A stretch of DNA of 63,556 bases, counting the filler, from Sphacelaria rigidula (lineage: Eukaryota): the NCBI GenBank assembly GCA_964200075.2. It is 6 parts of 6 records of this genome, joined end to end, with 100 filler letters (N's around TTAATTAATTAA, not from the genome) between each part and the next. Parts side by side here need not be neighbours in the genome. Positions count along the whole stretch, not along the records: positions 42,441 to 52,948 come from CAXNAA020006368.1; positions 53,049 to 63,556 come from CAXNAA020006369.1; 4 more parts are not named here. One strand, 5' to 3'. Both the position numbers and the translations under genes were made by a program. Numbering within the stretch: position 1 is the stretch's first letter; each line of letters opens with the position of its first letter. Shown piece after piece: positions 49,690 to 61,989 of this stretch. Under the pieces are notes generated by a model. That model was not told the origin of the DNA. It did not search any database and saw only the letters and a list, made by a program, of their open reading frames with translations.

Positions 49690-50272
49690 CCCCCCTTCCT
49701 CCGAGCGGTATCGGCGGTGGTTGCAGAAGCTGTATACGCGGAACAGGTCGCACAAAAGGTACACCGCTTGCCGGGAAAGCAGACTGGATACCAACACCCG
49801 AGGCGTCAGACATAACGCTCGTAGCGAAAGCGGACTGGACAAAGAAACCGAGGGAGGGAGTCGCAGCGCCTATGGCAGAAATATGGCGGGAGCCAACGCT
49901 GAGGTAACAGTATGAAATATCTCTTTCCTCACACGGGGGCTCACTATAGTAATCAAGCTCCTCAGTACGGGAACGAGACGTTACAGTAACAGCGGACGCA
50001 TGATGTACCAGTGAAGATTCTACAGTAGAATACCGGGAATCAGACTCATCGGAAACAGATCTGGCAGTTGTCGGTGAAGACTCTACCGTAGCACGCGAGG
50101 AATTCGACTGAGTAGAAACGGGGGGAGACTCTACAGTAGTGGGGGATCAAATTTGATGGTAGAAGCGAGATGAGTATCACTCGTGGGGAACCGTGACTCT
50201 GCGGTAGTACGTGGATCTGACTACACACTGGAGTGCGACGAATTTAATTCATCTACAACAGGCCTGGCATCT

Positions 50273-50479
50273 GCCGGGGGTGCGCCGACAGAAGGTTGTG
50301 AACACACAGTCTCAGTCGGGACATGTGGCGAACCTATAGTAGCCGGGGGTGCGCCGACAGAAGGACGCGAAGACACAGTCTCAGTCGGGGCATGCGGCGA
50401 AACTGCAGTAGTCGGAGGTGCGCCGACAGCAGGACGTGAAGACACACACTCAGTGGGGACTTGCGGCGGAACTACAGTC
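50273..50479 (-). repeat. 69-bp tandem repeat x3 within the Copia polyprotein linker
   Basis: Units start at 50273, 50342 and 50411; 23-codon period. Confidence 0.9.
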
Positions 50480-52948
50480 GTGAGGGAAAGACGCGTCGTC
50501 AACTGTTATGCCGTCGAAACGTAATCTGCTATTAAATAAATGTACCCCAGTCGAGTTTAGAACGATATTATGCCGGTTCTGCATGTGATAAAGGAAGAAA
50601 ATATTGAACTCAACACCTTCTACGACGTAGACATCGATCACCTGTACCGGAAAGTCTGTGTAGGGGACAGAAAGATGCGAAGATCCCATGTGGGATCTCA
50701 AATTCACACTACCTAATGCCTTGACTGGGAGTCTGGTCCTGTCACCCACCGTGACGTTCTCGATGCCCTGGGAGGGGGTCGCAAATAAAAACGTCATCCA
50801 CATTCCCTGTGATATGGTATGTAGTACCTGTATCCGTAATGCATTTCTCCGCACTATCACCCCTGGTAGATGCAGTCCCACTACGTGGCACATCATACCC
50901 ACGCAAATCAAGACTACGAAGCCGAAGACGAGACCCGCCTTCAGACATGGAATGCAAAATTTGTTGTGGATGTGCCGACTGCCGCATCGGCAGGAGGTGC
51001 TGAAACCGAACGGGGGGCTGCCGCTTGTTGGTGTGGTTGGTGTGGAGTGTACTGTTGAGGAGGATAATGATAATGTTGTTGTTGTTGCTGGTATTGCAAC
51101 GGGGGTTGCGGTTGCTGGTAGAAGTCATGATGTAGGGGCTCCTCCTGGGGATGGTAGTGATGTGAAGGCGCACCGGTGGCCACTGGGATGCTCGCAACCT
51201 GAAATGTGGAACTTTCAGACGTTGTGCAACGTCTGTAACGTCCACCTTTGAGGTTACAGGCACTCCAGTGGTCACCGATGCGGGAGCTGTGGTTGTTGGT
51301 CGGTATGGTGTGGAGGCGGGAGCTGTACGGAATGGGCGAATCCTGTGTCATCAAAGGTGTTGCCGTCTCGTGAGACGAAGTTGTCAGCAGCGACAGAAGC
51401 CTCAGATCGCTGCACAAAATTCGCATGACAGTGGGAGCTGCTGGAGGAGTAATCACGAGGGGTGGTTTTCCCCCGTGATATACGGAACGATGTTCTGGGT
51501 TGAGATTTCGATTGCAGTGTCGGCTATCGACATTCCTCCGCCCATCACCTCGTGCATGGGAATCAATACCTCGATCATAACATTTATTGCAGTTGCGAAT
51601 CTTGCATGATGAGGATTGAGGGTTGGGGTCGTGATTGGAGTTCTTGTGGATTCGATTGTGAAAGAATCGGCGTCGGGATGAAGGACTTGAGAAGGGGTTG
51701 TACATCGGGAAACCGTCACGGTGAGACGAGTCATGGTTGCGGTGTGCGGGCGAGAAAGTTGTTGGATGCCGATCTGGGGTATGGTGCCCACAGCGGTCCG
51801 AACCGCATTCCCGGCGGTGGTTGTATGACTGCGGTGAATATTGTCGGTTGCTATCGGATCGGTGAGTTGCCGAGTGCTGATAAGGGCGTTGTTGGTCATC
51901 AGTCATGTATTCATTTGCCTGCCGCCTCTTGCTCCGCCGGTTTCCGCGTCGTCCGGCCGATACGTCACTGAGAGAAACATCATGAATTATGGCGGAAAGA
52001 GCATGGTTTCTTGGCGAGTCTACCCTACTCCTAGATAGTCCCAACTCAGCGTAGGCTGTCTTGACTGTGCGGTGCAGGGTTTCTGTACCTATGTCGCAAC
52101 TAGCAAGAAGTAAGTATACCACGCTGAATTTCGTAGTCCGAAGATAATCTCCGCGCATAGTGCCTGTTTGCATCGAACTCCGAAATTCCGGTGCCGTACT
52201 GATGCCTCTTGTGTCGAATTAGGTTTGACCTAATAGAGGTATCTTGAACTCGGCTCCCGGTATCCTGGTTTACTCGCTGGCTCTGAGTGGAGTACTATTT
52301 TTTCAAGTGAAGGTGATCGCGATTCATGGGAGGACCTGACCTGGCGGTCGGAGGGTCTCATTATCTGATGAATCGGCATCACTTTCCCTTGTAAAAATAG
52401 AACAAGACAAATCAGGATACCGGGAGCCGAGTTTGGGATACCTCTAGTAAGAAACATTGAAGGCGTATCGCCAGCCAACACCTGTAAACTCGTCTGTTCC
52501 TGTTCTCAAAGAGGCGAGCTTTCTCAGCATCGAGATAAACGGTATAGTACTGAACAAAATAATCCCATGTCCCAGTAGGCCAACCAAGTGTGGCAAAATG
52601 TTCTACCATGTGAGGCTCCGTGATATTTTCCAAGATAATATCATGAGCTTGTTGAGCTTTTTCTACTGCGTGATACCCATGCTGCCTTATCAACTCCTCT
52701 TCCGTCTCATGAAACACACGGATAGGCATCTACACAATAAGAACATCCTAACTCTCAGCACGGAAATACCCGGACATCTGCACATGAAAAACCCGAAACT
52801 TTGACTCCAGACTCTCCCGTGCCTTCAGAGAACCGTCCCACTAATAGATGGAGACATCCTACGATAGGAGGGGGGGGTACTGGTTGCACGAAAAAGGAGG
52901 CTCATAAGTGTGTCAGACATCATTCCACACTTGCGTTGCGCTTGTATT

Positions 52949-53048
52949 NNNNNNNNNNNNNNNNNNNNNNNNNNNNNNNNNNNNNNNNNNNNTTAATTAA
53001 TTAANNNNNNNNNNNNNNNNNNNNNNNNNNNNNNNNNNNNNNNNNNNN
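52949..53048. other. Artificial scaffold-concatenation linker
   Basis: N44-TTAATTAATTAA-N44. Confidence 0.98.
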
Positions 53049-53107
53049 AAAAGAGAAGAAAAAAAAAGCGAGGGAGGGGGAGGGGGGGAGGGGGGGGGGG
53101 TGGGGGT

Positions 53108-53138
<31 letters not shown>

Positions 53139-53864
53139 CTACATATCATCACGTTAGACTATCCACACATACCCGCCGACAAAAAATAATTGTTGATAGC
53201 ATGATCGGTTCCGGTATGGTTCATCATAAACGGATCTTCAGAGGGCCTACACTCCCGCGACGTCTCACCCAGCGAGGGCAACACAGATCGTGGCTTACTT
53301 TACCTAGGGCTGGACCCTTCGCGCACCCCTTGCTTCAGGGTCCTCCGTGCAAATTAGGCTGGGGTTTTGATAAGGAATACAGTCATGATCATCAGCGAAA
53401 AACATATATATTTAGGCAGCAGCTGTCGCGCAGGATCCACGCGAACAATTCCCCCGTAAACTTTACACGTCACAAAAACCCGACAAGGGTTTGAAGAGAA
53501 ATCTGAAAAGGCTCTTCGATCTCACAGACCATCATTACCCCACCCCTACCCGGGCTTCATGTATTATGGCCATGCTCCTTACTCGAGTTTGGCGACGAGC
53601 TCCCCGCCCCAAAATCCTTCTTTCTTATCATGTAAATTCTACAGTGGCGAAAAAGCATCTCGTCATGTCATCATCCACCTCTGTTCGAGTAATGTAACGT
53701 CATACTGCTTACGGGAGTTCGGTGGGGGGACTCCCCTTCCCCCCCCCTCATCGCCGTCCGACGATCGCCCCTGGTCTTCCCTTCCAGCACTACCTCTCCA
53801 ACTCCACTCCACAAGACGTATTTCACGTACGTCCCATGAACCCCGACAGAGTAAAGGCTATCCC

Positions 53865-54230
53865 TGGCGGCACCGGACATACGAGAACTTCTGTCGGCGG
53901 CGGAAATACGGCAAATTCCGGCGGCGGCGAAAATACGGAATCTCTGGCGGCGGAGGGCATACGACATCTCTGGCGGCAACGAAAACAACGCGATGTTCTC
54001 GAAAGCAGCGGAAACACGAGAATTGCCCGGTGGTACTCCTAGCGAACACACGGAAATTTCTGGCGGGAACGATAGTACGGAAAAAGTGTTTCTGACGGGA
54101 GTCAAAAACCCGATTTTTTTCTTGGCGCGATAGAAACGACATTGAGCGAAGATATCTGACGTCAGCGGAAAAATGCGGAAATAATAGGCCATTGCAACAT
54201 TACGGAAACTTTGGCGGTGGCGAAGATGCG
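53865..54230 (+). repeat. Degenerate ~25-bp tandem array (TCTGGCGGCGG..AATACGGAA)
   Basis: More than eight recognisable units. Confidence 0.7.
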
Positions 54231-54718
54231 CTAGTGCTTGGAGCTGGAAGGCGCTCGGGCGAGCACGCCACAACGACGGCTTGGAATCCGGTTCGGGTTT
54301 TGGAATTTTCTTCACACAAACAGCCACGTACCCCTCCCCGCCCCATCAATGTTCGTTGAACTAACGAGTACCGTGCACTCGGTTCCAGTATTTGGAATTC
54401 TTGTTTGCGCTTGCTCCATATTTCCATACGAGAAATGGAGGAAAATGAAACAACCAACCATGTAATGTTGGCGAAAATTCGAACATCATGCTGAAACGAA
54501 AAAAAAACACAGTCAAAACATGAAGAAATATTCCGAAGGAATGGATGTCGGCAACCATTGATGGCCTTTTTCACATATAACAAAAGGGAACCCTGGGGCA
54601 ACAACGGGTGAACCTTCTTGACCATTTTGGAACCCTTCGGAGCCCTTGCGCTCTACACGACCAAATCGTTTTTCACCGACTCTGTTCCTTTTATCACTAG
54701 TGCCAGACTCGTGAGGGA

Positions 54719-54875
54719 GGAATCAAGCATGTGTTCCCTCGCCGATTTGTGGGAGAAAAGAACAAAAACGGGTGTACCCGGGAGTGCGAAATTATCGGGT
54801 AAGGAATTAAGCATGTGTTCCCTCGCCTATTTGTGCGAACAAGGCAGAAGCGGGTGTACCCGGGAATGCGAAATT
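54719..54875 (+). repeat. 84-bp tandem duplication
   Basis: GGAAT.AAGCATGTGTTCCCTCGCC.ATTTGTG...CGGGTGTACCCGGGA.TGCGAAATT at 54719 and 54803. Confidence 0.88.
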
Positions 54876-55674
54876 CATCTTGACTCCTCGAGCTGGGATA
54901 AAAGGAAACAAAACGAAACACACAAAGCGAACCTTTTCGACAACAGGAGAAAAAGAAAAAAAAGGGTAGAAATCAGGCGTTTTCAATTCCTATCCCCTCC
55001 GAGCGTATCAATCAACCCACGTGTTGGGTATATAGCCCAAGGAGGGTGATATCCACGGCGTGCTGTTGGTCAGGGCACATCTTTGTGGATTTAATTCGCC
55101 GCGCCCGGTGGAGAAGTTGGAAAGTGATGCTTTATCGACCAGCTCGGGTGAACGTAGGAGATTCGAATCTCGACAGCAATAGTTTAGTTTTTCGTGGTTC
55201 TCGTCGTCAAAAGCATGAGATGGCGTGGGTTTCATGACAAGAAAAAAAAAATCGAAAATCGATGGTCTGTGAGAGTAGTCATGATTCAGTACGTCATGAC
55301 GACCCGCAAGGCAGGTAGGTACTGGGGGAGAGATATATGATTAGTTGGCTGGTTTATGGGGACTTTGCACTCGTCACGAAGAAGGGGGGGGGCTACGAGG
55401 GGTGAAAAAAAAGTGGAGGAACATGATACATGAAAAGATGAAAAAGAGTGGGAAAAAAAAGGAAAAAAAAAGACGGAGGGATTGAGAAAAATGGATGGAA
55501 GAACTGAAGGAGAAAAATTGGGTATGGATGGACTAGAAGAAAAAAGAGAAAAAAAAAGGATGGAGGGACTGAGAGGAATGAAACACGGGAAAAAAAAAGG
55601 AAAAATAATCATGGGCAAGCGAGGGGGCGAATAAACAAACACGCGGACGCAAGAGGATAAAAGGACAGACTTAC

Positions 55675-55832
55675 CACTAATAACTGCACGACACTCCCAC
55701 TGAGCAGGCGCGCCGCCCATGAGACAATCTGTTTCCACCAAATAAGTGCCCATGGCCGTTCGCTTTACACCCGTAACTGTCACCGGACGTACCACGTCTA
55801 GCTTCATCACCGACTCGTACTCTTCCATGTAC
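55675..55832 (-). CDS. Exon 3 of an ArsO/CzcO-like flavin-dependent monooxygenase
   Basis: cag|G YMEEYESVMKLDVVRPVTVTGVKRTAMGTYLVETDCLMGGAPAQWECRAVIS+G|gtaagt. Ends just before the expected ATG motif (RAVIS-ATG). Confidence 0.88.
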
Positions 55833-57199
55833 CTGAAAAAAACGTGACAGGACCATACACACAGCAGAGCAGAGGCAACAAGAAGTGAGATCAAAGTGCA
55901 ATCACAGCACAGATGAATCAAGCCCGAAACAATGTTGTGGAGAGCCCCGTTCTTGATGTTCCTCGGGTTCTCTTCATCCGGGTCCTCCACATGGCATCCA
56001 CGAGAGAAGTCATACCTCACGATGCAGGTTAACCGCAGGCAAGAGATGGATCAACTCCGTGAAAGACTGTGGTGACTTGAGATGCCTACCAGCGCCGCTG
56101 TAGAAATCCAAGAAAATGACACGCTCTGGACAAAGTCAATCCCTGTCAATATATTACGTCGGGTCAAAAAGTATACTCCGTACAGTATCGACTCTTTCGT
56201 CCATTGCAACAGACAGGAGATTATATACTACACGCAGTGCATTTTGTGACGACGTAATATCCTGTCCAGGGTGTGGAAAATGACAGTAACGTCCTTGTCT
56301 CCGCGGCAAATGCGCATAGACCATTTTGTATGACCTCCACAAAAACGAATGTATACGCCGATAAGGGGACCTCGAATCGGGGAACGCCTTCGATAAACCC
56401 CAACTTGGTCCAAATCAGGGTAGCTCAGATTCGTATTTCACGATTTGAGAACAGTTTTCCACGAATCTGAGCACAGATCGGGGGGCAAATCGAGGACCCC
56501 CGGATATGTAGGAAGTGACGTACGTACATTGACGGACGGTGATAGGGCAACAGGCGTTTCGTATTATTGCAACCGCAGCAGCAGCAGAAAGTCTCCTGAC
56601 AGCATGGGCCGTGACTGCCAGCGGCAGCTGCTCAAGGAGTTTCGCACGCGGTTCGACAAGCGGATAAGAAGTGTTCACACCGTACCCTGCGGCGATGGTG
56701 ATATATTATGCTGCACTGCGCAGCTGTATGTACAGCTGTATGTACGATCATAATGAACGGTGCTGTACTATTCTACACTCTGCTGTCGCGGTACTTGCAG
56801 AGTGATGAACGGCACTGGACTCGTGAACTCTTGTCGCACACTTTTGTGCACTGTTCTCGCAATCCCGACTAAACCACCATATATCACCACACGACATTAT
56901 CGTGTTCGGTGACAGTGGAGTGTAGTGCACTAATTATAACCTCGGAAACGGTACCACGCTGCTCTCGAAGCATGATTCAATCGTCTGCCTGTTCCTTGGC
57001 TTCACTGGTGTCATACCACACCCGTGAAGAGACACCACGACCCTCAGTGTGAACGACTATTTCAAAACATTTGTGAAGCCGTTAACATGATCGTGAGGGA
57101 CACACGGGTTCAAAGTTCCACGAATCTGAGTTTCCTCGTTTTGGCACAGATTGGGGTCCCGCCAGATCCGGGATTGGTGCACATGAAAAATGGTCTCAC

Positions 57200-57339
57200 A
57201 TCGCCATTTCTCGAGTGCTGGGGTAACCATCCTCGCATGCACCATTGGCGAACATAGGATATCCGGGCAGAGAGCTCCACTTCCTCGTCGAGAATAGCTG
57301 TAGCGACGGCCATCGGTGTCGCCATGCACCTCCGGGCTC
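57200..57339 (-). CDS. Exon 2 of the ArsO/CzcO-like flavin-dependent monooxygenase
   Basis: cag|[46 protein letters not shown]+AT|gtgaga. AT plus G of exon 3 gives Met. Confidence 0.9.
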
Positions 57340-57767
57340 CTGTTGTCCGTGTGAGTGTGTGTGGAGGGAGGGGGGTGTACTCAATCCTTGCTTGCCGTAG
57401 TTGTTTGAGCGTTGACCACACATACCTTTTGAGATGGAGCTCTTTTTCCACTGCCAACAGAAAGAAATCTACAACATTCGCGCGCTCATCAAGTTTGCAT
57501 CGCTCCTACTTCTAATAGAGAGAACAAAAACGTTTACTTCAAGAGGAACGATTTGGGAACGGAGAAAAAAAATGGCTCATTTCCCTTCTTTTCCCCCAAA
57601 GGAGGAAAACTTCAGAAACGAACGGACAGTGGGTGGCGTTGTTGTGTCTAGTATGTTTAATTTTCGCTAGCTCGCTTGTTCGTTTCGCTCTTTTTTCTGC
57701 TCTGCTCCATCGTCTTCTTGCTCCGTTCCGTTTTCAGTCGGTGTTTGCCCCCTGTGTCAAAACCCAC

Positions 57768-58364
57768 CTGATTAGCGTCAAGGGTCACAAACCGAAGTCC
57801 CCCAGCCTTCTGCAAGTGGTACGCTACGGAGAGCCCCGCTTGTCCTGCTCCGATGACAACGGCATCTACTCTCGTGGGCGACGGAGCCGCATCAGCCCAC
57901 TGGCGCACGGTACCGTTCGACAATCCCACCGCCGGACGGGCAGATGAAGATCCATATCCTCGCGTAGCTCCGATAGATTTTTCAACGGAGTTCTTTCTCC
58001 TCTCGGGGGCCGCATCGACGGCTCTGTTTTCTCCGACGGATCCATTTCCAACAACGGATTGCTGCAATTTTCCGGATTTTCCGTCGTTGTTGAATGACAG
58101 TGATCCGACATTTTTCCTCTCGGTGCTGGTGCGGCTCTGCGCTATCGGAACAACATGTAGATTGCGCTCTTGTTGAATATTAGCAGTGGCGGATTTCTCC
58201 GACCGAGTCGGAGTTGACGCCGGGATAGTTGACGGGTTAGTGGTTGAGGCGACGGAGGCGTGTCGGCTCTGGTGACTGTTGTGATGCGAAAACGTAGTTC
58301 TGGCAGTTTTAGCGGGAACCCGTAGTCTCACGATGAAGTGTTGGCGAAGGAGGACTGTAGACAT
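57768..58364 (-). CDS. Exon 1 of the ArsO/CzcO-like flavin-dependent monooxygenase (N-terminal extension and FAD-binding Rossmann motif); start codon tentative
   Basis: MSTVLLRQHFIVRLRVPAKTARTTFS...[35 protein letters not shown]|gtgggt; GxGxxG dinucleotide-binding motif. Confidence 0.85.
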
Positions 58365-61300
58365 GTGCTGGCTGTTTATGAAGGTTTTTGACCGTTTTCC
58401 TCGAGGGTGTTTCGAGATGTTTGTAGTAAAATGAACCGGCAAAACGCCTTGTTTTTTCCAAGTATTTTTCTTCCCTACACTCACGTGTGTGCTTGTTTTT
58501 TTATCCGTTTGTTGGGTAGGTCTTGGTTGACCTGTGGCGGCGACCGGCGTGAGCAGCCGAAGCGGAAGCAGTCGCAGCAAAGCGGCGAAAAAACAGAACA
58601 GAAACGATGACGAGGCAAGGCGGCAGAAACACAGCAGGGAACGCCCGACATGAAAAACATCCTTTTAGAACCCACGTTTATTACCTTCGAACGTCGAAAA
58701 CCATTATCGTACGCTAAAACGTCAAGGCGTTATTTTTGTTCTTGAGCACATTCGAGGGAGTAGGAGTTCGGAACAGCTACTGGTGAAGGAACAACGCCTC
58801 CTTGTAAGGCCTTTGCCACGCATTCAACAAGCGTCGTCATGTGTCCCCACAGTGGCCGCAGCCAGCAAGATTCTGATCATGACGACTGGTCGGTCCAAGA
58901 CGCACAATTTTGCACGTCAACGTCGTCATCCAAACCGATTTCCTGTACAGACACACATCGCATCCACGATCCACGGCTGTATTCATCGATCGGTTGCAAG
59001 GTTCCGTGGTGATCACTCCGTTGACAGTCGATAGAGGTCGTTCTTTCGACAGCAGGGGCTTGCACGTCCCTAGAGGAAGTCGAGCTCGGAAATGACGTTC
59101 ATCAGGCTAGTGTACTGTGAGAGGGAGGAAGGTGCGGTGTCGACACATTCAAAAAGTCGAGCCAGCGCAAATCCAACTTTTGGGAAAAGGCACGATCTGT
59201 TCACACGTTTCACCACTCAACTATACGCAGAGGCCCAAAACCTTCCAACTTCTTACCCCTACCCCACGTACACAAACACCAGCGTGGACTGCAGTGTACA
59301 GGGTACGAGTGTACACTGGTGTGCTGCAAAAAAGTCCTCATGAGGAAGGACGGAAACGATTATTTCGTGATGGAGATTCTGCACGAATAGCGGAACTGGC
59401 GAGTGCAAAAAGCACGCACACAGTGTACCGACTGCGGTAGCAGTGTAAGCTAGGGTGTTTGACGTTCCTCCTCGACATGCGCCTACTGTACCCGGCGGCT
59501 ATCAAGCTTAGGATAGGGAGCGGGGTCTGTATGGGGTGGTGATGGGCTTTACCGACGATGACATGTCGAGTACAGTCAGTGTATCTGTCGACATCGGTGA
59601 AAACGTCATCCGACCAATAGCTGAAAACAAACTCCAGGAACACGTCAGCTGGATGTTGCACGTGACTACTGTAAGGGGGAGTCCGCCTGTACGCAGTTGA
59701 TTCACTACTCTCTGTCCACACAAAGGTACCGACCAAAATATTCTACATATATTGCGTACAGACAGTACTCATGCTGCACATGCTGACCGTACAGTAGTAG
59801 TACCTCAAAGTCTCTGTCTGCGCAGCGATGAAAACAGACAGTAACACGTACGGGATCCACCACCCGTTCAACTTTCAAGCTCTGAGGGAAACACCACCTT
59901 TCCATCAACTGCACCCGTCGTACCATCCCACTACAACTTGGTACAGTCAAAATGCTGTAGTGTGCCTTAGCCGGTCGAGAAGAGCTGCAACACGACTACT
60001 GTATATACACTCGTAAAACACACCAGTTGTGTACAAGTATGGTGAAACACTAAGCTCGTTTTTCATGCCTCTTGTCCGTACCATGAGATGGTGTGCTGCC
60101 TTTAAACACAAAGACGTCACGATACGGTCGGATTTGTTCAATCCCATGCAGGCTACGTGAAGGACGTACACGTGAAGAGCACCTCGACTTGGCATTATCC
60201 TCGACGTACTCATGGAAGGGAAAGGAACAGTCCGCCAAAGTCGTCTTGGTATCACGGCAGGCACTTGTGCAGGCGATGGCGGTGACCGACATACACTGAG
60301 TGCAAATAATCTACTGTCTACGTCTACGGGATGCAGTACTTGTGTACTCTGTTCGCTGGTGTGCACATTGGGTAGGGCACAGTCAGTTCAGACGGGTTGA
60401 ACGTACACTCCTGCACTGTTGACTGATCGCAATGCACTTTGCGTAACCACTCAGTAGTGTGGCCGATACACGACCTACCTGGCTTTCGACTTGATAACAC
60501 GTCTGATCACCTGTACAGCACACGGTTCCCGGCACGGTGTACGGTACTGTAGAATCTGTGAGGCCGCGTGTACAGACTAGTAGTCGAGAGCACTCTGCAG
60601 TGCGGTGCTGACACGAATGTGAAGCGGCGTTTTTCAAAACGTTTCGGGGGCGGACGTGTTTCTCGCACAGGAAACACGCACGGACCACGAAGTGCGTCTC
60701 TACACACGTACGCAGAGGCAGAGATGAAGAAAACAGTGAGGCGGGGAACAGCCGCCAAATCAACTGATGTACGGGAAATGAAGGATATGGCGCCATCGGT
60801 GCGTGCAGCGGTTGTTCGTTTTCATGATGAACAAGAGTGCATCAGAGGTAGTGCCTCGAACAAACCATACAGAAGGAAAGTTCAGACAGTACGGGACACA
60901 GACAACGAAACCTGTTTTGTATAACAGAACGGTATCGGGAACACATCCCACATGGTACGCTGACACTAAAAGTTCAACGTGTTGGCCGGCCATGGTACGG
61001 AAGGCTGTTGAAAGTCTTAGAGCACGTGATAGCTGTATGTACAATAGAGAGACATGCTCGAAACATCGAGCTTCTGTTATACTCACAGCTTCTACGTCGT
61101 TCCTTGTACCGGTACGTGTCTTGCTTGTAGCACACCAGCGGCTACCTAGGGAGGGGGTCGGGCTGAACCTGATGTGGACGGTTTTGACGTTTTGACTGTT
61201 TGATGCGGTGGCATTTTTGGGTGTTGCGGTTGTTTTTGCAAGAGTACTTTCCCTGCAAAAACAAAATAAAAAACAAATAGACTATTCTACTCCATTGTAC

Positions 61301-61957
61301 TGTCGGGTCATCATTTTTTTCCCTTGATTCGAGTAGGAAGTGCAAAAAAAACTTCTGTTCAATAGTTGACAATACCTGCTGACGCAGATAGCGCGGGCTG
61401 TGTACATGATGCGCGTTCAACATTTTCCTCCGACGGTCAATTTGCTACTCTCTCCGATGAAAAACGCATCCCTGAGCTGTGAGGGGAGCACACGTACGAA
61501 TAAAATATCAACAGAGAAGTCTGCTGACCCTCTTTGCTATTGTACATTGCATGTCGTACACAATTTCTGTTTCATCATCGTGTGGCCAACTCCACGAACT
61601 GTCTCTTGTTGCTGGACAACCAACCATTCATATTCTTTGTTGAACGATGATGGATATCGAAAAAGATGGGCGCATACCTATCCTAGTTTTGAGTTATCGA
61701 ACGGAGACGGAGATACCAATTGAAATGTGAACCTATGTGAACCGCAATTTTTTGGCCAGTGTATGACAGAGTGTTCTAGATTCGACGACAGTGTGGATAG
61801 GTGCAGCGCTGGGCGCACACGGAGTCCAACGCCTCAAGTTCTATCGTGCTCAATCACGGGCATGGAAGCCCAGACAAGGAGCATATGATACCTCTGGCAC
61901 CCTACAGAGTAAGTACGCCACTACACTGATTGTGCGATGACTGTGATTGAACCAATC

Positions 61958-61985
<28 letters not shown>
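61958..61985 (+). repeat. (GA)n microsatellite
   Basis: Direct inspection. Confidence 0.9.

Positions 61986-61989
<4 letters not shown>

Larger units (their letters stand above)
48700..52830 (-). mobile_element. Decayed, internally deleted Ty1/Copia LTR retrotransposon (boundaries approximate)
   Basis: Gag-like 52100-52830; protease CITDTGTTYHITG...VTVGD...VYVVEGVEFNIF at ~50520-50860; RNase H CVSWFSRTRKCVTLS..AAEYV...NPISNSDSKHIDVIYHFL...QHADFLT at ~49010-49330; PPT-like GATGGGGAAG followed by TG at 48877. Confidence 0.9.

Noticed and set aside
55101-55178. Second tRNA/SINE-like head (GAGATTCGAATCTC)
   Set aside because: Only a T-loop-like hairpin; no cloverleaf and no second copy to support it.
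56415-56686. Extra exon within the monooxygenase gene
   Set aside because: Exons 2 and 3 already join in frame to give the continuous [15 protein letters not shown] motif; an insert would disrupt it.
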